64,000 nt of DNA from a bacterium (GTDB taxonomy: Bacteria > J088 > JAWLBW01): positions 186,001 through 250,000 of the forward strand of contig JAWLHK010000002.1 of NCBI GenBank assembly GCA_041690355.1, in the 5' to 3' direction. Shown here in pieces: positions 60,901-64,000 of the stretch. The position numbers and the translations under genes were made by a program. Numbering within the stretch: the first letter of the stretch is position 1; each line of letters starts with the position of its first letter. Below the pieces are notes generated by a model, which saw only the letters and a program-made list of their open reading frames with translations, was not told where the DNA came from and made no database searches.

Positions 60901-62751
60901 TGCCTGATCGCGCAGCTGGGCATAGATCGTTTTGTTCCCCTCGGCAGGCGAAACGGTATAGGTCGTCGTGGCGCGATAGGCCGTCCACGGTGCCGAGGCG
61001 AAAGTCGGGTCTTCAGAAATTCGCATCTCCGAAGCGCCGGACGCAGTCAGAGTAAGGTTGATGACGTCGTCGTTGCTGAGCTGCGGGCCAGCCAGACCGT
61101 CGAACAGGGGCGCGATGGTATCGACCACTACGCTCCAGGAGACGACGTTGACCGTCGGCGTGTTTCCGGCCGCGTCGCGGATCATCGCGTAGACCGTGCG
61201 CGACTCGCCGATCGGATCGGTCGGCATGGCCACGTTCCACTGAAACGTCTCCTGGTACGGGCGCCAGTTCGATTCGGCGAAGTCGCTCGTGTTCGAGATG
61301 CGCATCGAAAGCGGGGTCTGCAGGTCGTCGGCCACGAGGCGCAGATTCAGCTGCGTGCTGCGGCTGAGAAACACCGGTGCGCCGAATCCGTCGTCGGCCT
61401 GGAACGCGGCGAGCGTCGGGTTGCCCGAGTCGAGCGTGATGGACGCCGACACCGGCGCCGAGCCGTTGCCCGCGTGGTCGAAGAAGCGGACGTAGTAGGT
61501 ATAGGTGCCGTCAGGATTCAGCGGGTCGAGAGCGGCTACCGGAACGACGAGCGCGGGCACGAAATCCTGACGTGGCGCCGCCGTCGCATCGGCGGGCGCC
61601 TGGTAGATCGCCATCCGGTCGACGCCCGCCAGCGGATCGAACGCCGTCAGGTTGACGATGATGCCGGGGTCGGTGGCGTAGAGGGCGCCGTTGTTGAGCA
61701 GAATGCCCGTATTCGTCGGCGGGGTTCTGTCGTACACGATATCGGCGGTCAGCGCGTCGGTTTCACGGCCGTCGTCGGCGATGTATTTGACGCAGATCGT
61801 CCAACGGCCTTCTGCGGGAAGCCGGTAGTCGACTTCGGCTTCGTACGGAACCGGGGCGTCGAACTCGCAATTGACCGGCCGGCCGTCGTCGCTCGTGCCG
61901 ATGGCGACCTGGTCGGCGCTGATGCCCATGAGCCGCAGGCGAACGGTGTCGGAGTCCGTATACTCGCGGCTGGTCCAGGCGCCGTTCACGCGGCCGAACA
62001 CGTCCATGTATCCGGTCAGCGGGCTGAGCGTGATCGGCTCGAGGGTGATCGATTCTTCTTCGCCCGTCACCGTGAGCGTGCCCACGACCAGGGTCACCTG
62101 CCCGGGATTCGAGGCGATGATGTTATAGCGGCCGGCGGGCACGTTGTCGAGGGTGAAGGAGCCGTCCGAAAGCGAAACCGTGCTGTAGGTGGGGAGGGGA
62201 TTCGCCAGCGGACGCAGCGACGGCCGCGCGAGCATCTGCAGCACGGGAGCCGTCGAGGTCTCCGGATCGCGTATCGAGCCGTTTTTCTCGAGCGCGACTA
62301 CGACGCCGCCCTCTTCGGTGGGGGTACGGTTGACGAGCCGCTGCACGACCGCGGTGCCGGTCACCTGAGAGCTGCGCGGCAGCAGCAGGCGCCGGTCGAG
62401 TTCGACGCGCTCAGCCAGCGGGACCCGAACCTGCTCGGCGTATTCCTGGAACGACTTTACCGAATAGCGGACGGTGTACTCGCCGGGGACGATGCCCGTG
62501 ATTTTAAAGGCACCGGCCTGATCGGTCTGCACCGTGTAGGTGTACTTTTCGTTCTGCAGAAGAACGTCGACCCCTGCGTAATCGGTCTCGCCCTGCAGTT
62601 CGACGTAGCCGAACACCGAGGCCTTGGCCTGCTTTTCGGCCGGCGCGTTCGGATCGTAGGGGCCTTCATGTTCGAGGTCGAACGAGCAGGACGTCGAAAA
62701 CAAAAACACCGCACTGAGCAGTGCGGCGGCAAAACGAGCCGTATTACGCAT
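54976..62751 (-). CDS. Giant (2591 aa) surface lipoprotein: carboxypeptidase-regulatory-like domains, about 15 Ig-like repeats, 14 beta-propeller blades
   Basis: Signal peptide with TSC lipobox; repeats D.TPP...INGGA...M.ISN...F....W..Y...DG..TVY..FRD.AGN; blades S.AVD..G..HIAYYD...L.YA. Confidence 0.88.
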   Translation of the reverse strand: MRNTARFAAALLSAVFLFSTSCSFDLEHEGPYDPNAPAEKQAKASVFGYVELQGETDYAGVDVLLQNEKYTYTVQTDQAGAFKITGIVPGEYTVRYSVKSFQEYAEQVRVPLAERVELDRRLLLPRSSQVTGTAVVQRLVNRTPTEEGGVVVALEKNGSIRDPETSTAPVLQMLARPSLRPLANPLPTYSTVSLSDGSFTLDNVPAGRYNIIASNPGQVTLVVGTLTVTGEEESITLEPITLSPLTGYMDVFGRVNGAWTSREYTDSDTVRLRLMGISADQVAIGTSDDGRPVNCEFDAPVPYEAEVDYRLPAEGRWTICVKYIADDGRETDALTADIVYDRTPPTNTGILLNNGALYATDPGIIVNLTAFDPLAGVDRMAIYQAPADATAAPRQDFVPALVVPVAALDPLNPDGTYTYYVRFFDHAGNGSAPVSASITLDSGNPTLAAFQADDGFGAPVFLSRSTQLNLRLVADDLQTPLSMRISNTSDFAESNWRPYQETFQWNVAMPTDPIGESRTVYAMIRDAAGNTPTVNVVSWSVVVDTIAPLFDGLAGPQLSNDDVINLTLTASGASEMRISEDPTFASAPWTAYRATTTYTVSPAEGNKTIYAQLRDQAGNLSLVRSLNLVLDKTPPPAPYVQIQGGGFVASQQYINNENLSLQVLASDVMQMRISQLSDFSDATWQPFTPVRNLTLAGVDGDYTVYVQLRDAAGNVTSATPRPITLDRSQPVLESAFEAQDQGGATITQTNNLYYYLYLKVTDANPLFVQYSSSESFLASATEEYAYSGRRLWYVPAPTNAEGEDRQTWARILDAAGNTLTVGPITVRIKTAGPTNPNLSITATETASPNITVVVSADNAVNVQIANNLNFFNPTTLPVSPGVANYFPYTLSSGDGVKNLYARFQDSLGNYSQAVQASVLLDSTPPVVTNFTIDGGKDHTRALSGSVPLNWTVLDLSTSVEAAQLVNVNAGSPCDETTLNTGTTLSFTAGGVGAWPLAAPTGANQEGLRVVCARFQDRLGNWSTPVTDTIQYDTMAPVANATPLINGGAAYTNSGQVTMTLDVSGASQMLVANDAFFTNAQWLTYQSSFPHVINTGGLTATVYLKFRDPAGNETGIYSDAINYDGTKPALGSPAIAINSGAAFTTSTSVGLTLSASDATALRMRISNDGAFDTEPYLAYASTYPWTLDAVDGTRTVAVKFYDEANNETDAASTSIVLDRAAPSITSFIINRTSPALTKDPLGNVLLSIDGQDTISGLDRMRIANLGAAPSCNTGGLAWQEYAFGASLSWQLEQYGAGVEAEQFVCATFSDRAGNWSTPVSDSILYDFKAPEAYAGGILVENGATHTISSLVSLAMSVTGATEMIIGFDGTFSGSAWESYRTFLDVALPSGPGDGVRSVGVRFRDSAGNVTGEYWDSITLDTQPPVFTQTPAVTLNGGATYATTNQVDLQIFGSGAAWMQISNDGTFAQAPIPYSPAVTAWTLAPGDGIRFVYVRLLDNAGHAIDTFSTVEVDTLAPTPVSIVLNGGATATNAPASVVATFSAGGNAVQMRFSQAGCAIGSWVAYDTSATLDLGTTQGLRRVYAEFQDAAGNVSTCVHDDITVDSQFWSPGFAIDITGASVFAGRTAALNVDVTFVNATTDVAELQLSTSSTFSGATWFPATSLVGWALAAGDGVKTLYARARDAAGNEIAAAVSASVTLDQTPPGKPSIALADMDGDGYKMKDQDIELALTVPAAADLERIVLRRQVDGVDGAFLTLVDTVCPCPTTWRDTTDEAYFGLVHRYQLQAYDDLGNASTVSDTLSITPIRPAERLTWVRNATNYHYEYGQQGAGVTLTQAYHNGEPYPTGSPFSNQLAGSTSWDRTVGTVWIDESIDVRVSNEGSVLNYRSRFPLEINDNLTLDPLNDVGADSAVALDPHGGIHIAYYDATAGDLRYMSNVTGAWDASLVDSAGDVGQYGSVAVDMYGNAHIAYYDQTNGALKYATNKDGGWVSETAFADAATDAGRWSSIAVDRWQNVYISFYNAYGVTAETRYVARINDVWGSPIRIDHVGAVQPVTDATTGIAVDRNGTVHVTWHNVWAKELRYATHVTGSAAFSAPSTVDTGDSGQFNSLAVDAAGTVHIAYFKENGAADQLKYASGSPGAWTLTTITTTGGADVGAYASLALSATGVHVAYLNGSAGLGYATNTSGSWVVRTLDDRPSVGLFASLAVDTTGALFATHYDAVEGDLVLSRWREYSTHKLDLTAATSVDDTAVAVDSLGFLHIAFRDGGGNTGELKYATNRPDGLWRSELVDTVVDVEWPSIGVAGDGTVHMFYYDDDNNDLRYATGTFGAWTVETRESVDDSGIGASVAVDAGGKVHAVYYFEDGSGNDAIRYVTNKDGFWARSDVDTVDVADEGSYVQRTGIRIDGNGKLYVTYRGMNANGKATLELAMLEGTTWTVETGQSLSNKNLGYRASLAVTPEGTVHIAHYDSTDTLLRYASRASDGTWSRSTIDTGTKAGQKSAIQADADGKVHVVHYNDSSDDLWYVTNRPGYWAKVVLDASTNDIGNHPALAVDRNGRLFATYVDNTSGTQKLKLLYDFAGTHGPSQVIQE

Positions 62752-62882
62752 GGAACCCTCCCCAAGAGAATGCCGATCATTCTGGCATTTTCAAGGGGAG
62801 CGCGCAACTTATCCACAGGTCGGATTGCAGAGTCCCGCGGGGGACAGTGCGGTCGGGCTCCGGCGGCCGGGGCGGTGGGAAA

Positions 62883-63653
62883 TCAGTACCTGCCGCCGAC
62901 CAGGAGATAGATGGAATCCTGATGGAAGTTTTCCATCTCGAGGGTGAAGAAGACCTGGGGGGTGACGTCGTAATCGGCGCCGAGAACGATGCCGATCCAG
63001 TCGGCGGGGCGCGTGGTCTCTGTCGTATCGGCCCCGAGCGCCTCGCCTTGGGCGTCGGCGCGGCGATTGTAGTAGGTCCAGTTCCAGTCGAGCTTGGGGC
63101 CGCCGTAGAAGGTCACCCGCCCGTCCTTGCGAGAAAAGAGCACGCTCAGCTCGTTGTGCCAGGTCTGCGCCGTCATCTCGTGGCGGGTCGAGGATTCGGT
63201 GATCAGATTGACGGGTGAGCCTGTCTGGAACCGGCCGTTTCCGGAGCTGCGTTCATAGGAACTCTGCAGCACCACACCGACCCCGAAGCCGACCGATTCG
63301 CGCTGGATCAGCGGATCGATACGCAGCCCGAGTCCGAGCATGACCCCCAATCCGCCATCGAAATCGATCAGGTCGCGCGAACGATCGCCCAGCCCCAGCG
63401 TGAACATCGGCGACAGCCACGGGAGCACGCTGTACTGAGCCCGGGCGAGCAGGCGAACCGAGTTCTCTTCGTCATAGAGATTGGGGCTGAAATCGTCGCC
63501 GCGCACCTGCCGCGAGACGTAGCCGGCGCCGCCCATGATTGAGAAGCGGTGATCGGTCGTGTAGAGCGACGCCCCGGGCCCGCCGACGGGGAGGGCGTGG
63601 GCGGCCGTCGAGGCGGCCAGAAGCAGAACGAAAGCAGCCAGGATGCGAATCAT
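62883..63653 (-). CDS. Outer membrane beta-barrel protein
   Basis: Signal peptide ending AHA, alternating amphipathic strands, C-terminal YLLVGGRY. Confidence 0.75.
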   Translation of the reverse strand: MIRILAAFVLLLAASTAAHALPVGGPGASLYTTDHRFSIMGGAGYVSRQVRGDDFSPNLYDEENSVRLLARAQYSVLPWLSPMFTLGLGDRSRDLIDFDGGLGVMLGLGLRIDPLIQRESVGFGVGVVLQSSYERSSGNGRFQTGSPVNLITESSTRHEMTAQTWHNELSVLFSRKDGRVTFYGGPKLDWNWTYYNRRADAQGEALGADTTETTRPADWIGIVLGADYDVTPQVFFTLEMENFHQDSIYLLVGGRY

Positions 63654-63708
63654 GCAGGGTCTCCGGACCGCCCGCGAAAAGCACACGGCAGGGCGGGCGG
63701 TCTGCCCG

Positions 63709-64000
63709 TTATGCTACCAGAGATCGGGGCGCACCGGCGACCCGCGCGGCGATATCCATCGCGCGCCTTCGCAGCACGCGCAACCCGGCCGTGAAGAGCA
63801 GCAGCAGCGCGAACCCGCCCGGCCCGCCGTCGCGGGCGCCGCTGGCGCAGCTGCATCCTGCCGCTACCGCGTCGGGGCCGGGCTGAAGCGCAAGGGCAGT
63901 CGAGGCGTTACCCGTATTCTGATTGTCGTGGTGGAAGCCGGCCCACTGCACGGCGTTTTTTCCGTTCTGCTGCGCCGGGCCGCGGGTTTTCCACGCGAAG
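63709..64000 (-). CDS. C-terminus of a MYXO-CTERM-sorted surface protein (partial, starts beyond the window)
   Basis: Frame open to the right edge; AAGCSCASG...GFALLLLFTAGLRVLRRR. Confidence 0.7.
   Translation of the reverse strand, partial: FAWKTRGPAQQNGKNAVQWAGFHHDNQNTGNASTALALQPGPDAVAAGCSCASGARDGGPGGFALLLLFTAGLRVLRRRAMDIAARVAGAPRSLVA

Noticed and set aside
58720-62910. 1396-aa plus-strand ORF (also 55003..56427 and 56494..58542)
   Set aside because: Antisense shadow of the giant lipoprotein. It has no motifs, and high GC3 on the coding strand suppresses stops

Overview
GC-rich bacterial chromosomal segment, most likely from a Myxococcota/Deltaproteobacteria-type organism (MYXO-CTERM sorting signal at the right edge, sigma54 enhancer circuitry, zinc-ribbon/DUF3426 protein). 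I found no rRNA, tRNA, CRISPR array or transposase. Left to right it holds: a signalling cluster (orphan solute-binding lipoprotein, multi-PAS kinase, NtrC-type activator, then a sigma54-promoter-led REC/EAL/REC/HPt-like operon); a DEDDh-UvrC fusion; MarR plus a cytochrome c; a CaCA antiporter; tamAB; an RpoD-family sigma factor; hydrolases; mnmA-mtaB-rnc-era-der; an ArsA/PhaR cluster; a complete Pho/Pst locus with a recurring Pho-box-like motif; putP; and a 2591-aa surface lipoprotein. The standout is 21519-26615. A ComQ-like prenyltransferase fused to a DXDD class II terpene cyclase is encoded directly downstream of a multi-TM hybrid histidine kinase. Divergent from them lies an unannotated 29-aa peptide gene (MTLKKLAAAILASTTNAPTAPNDTIAYYP) with a strong RBS and terminator, followed by an OmpR-type regulator. 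I infer a candidate ComQXPA-like signalling system that uses a tyrosine-prenylated, terpene-cyclised peptide. All family calls come from motif recognition by eye, not database searches.
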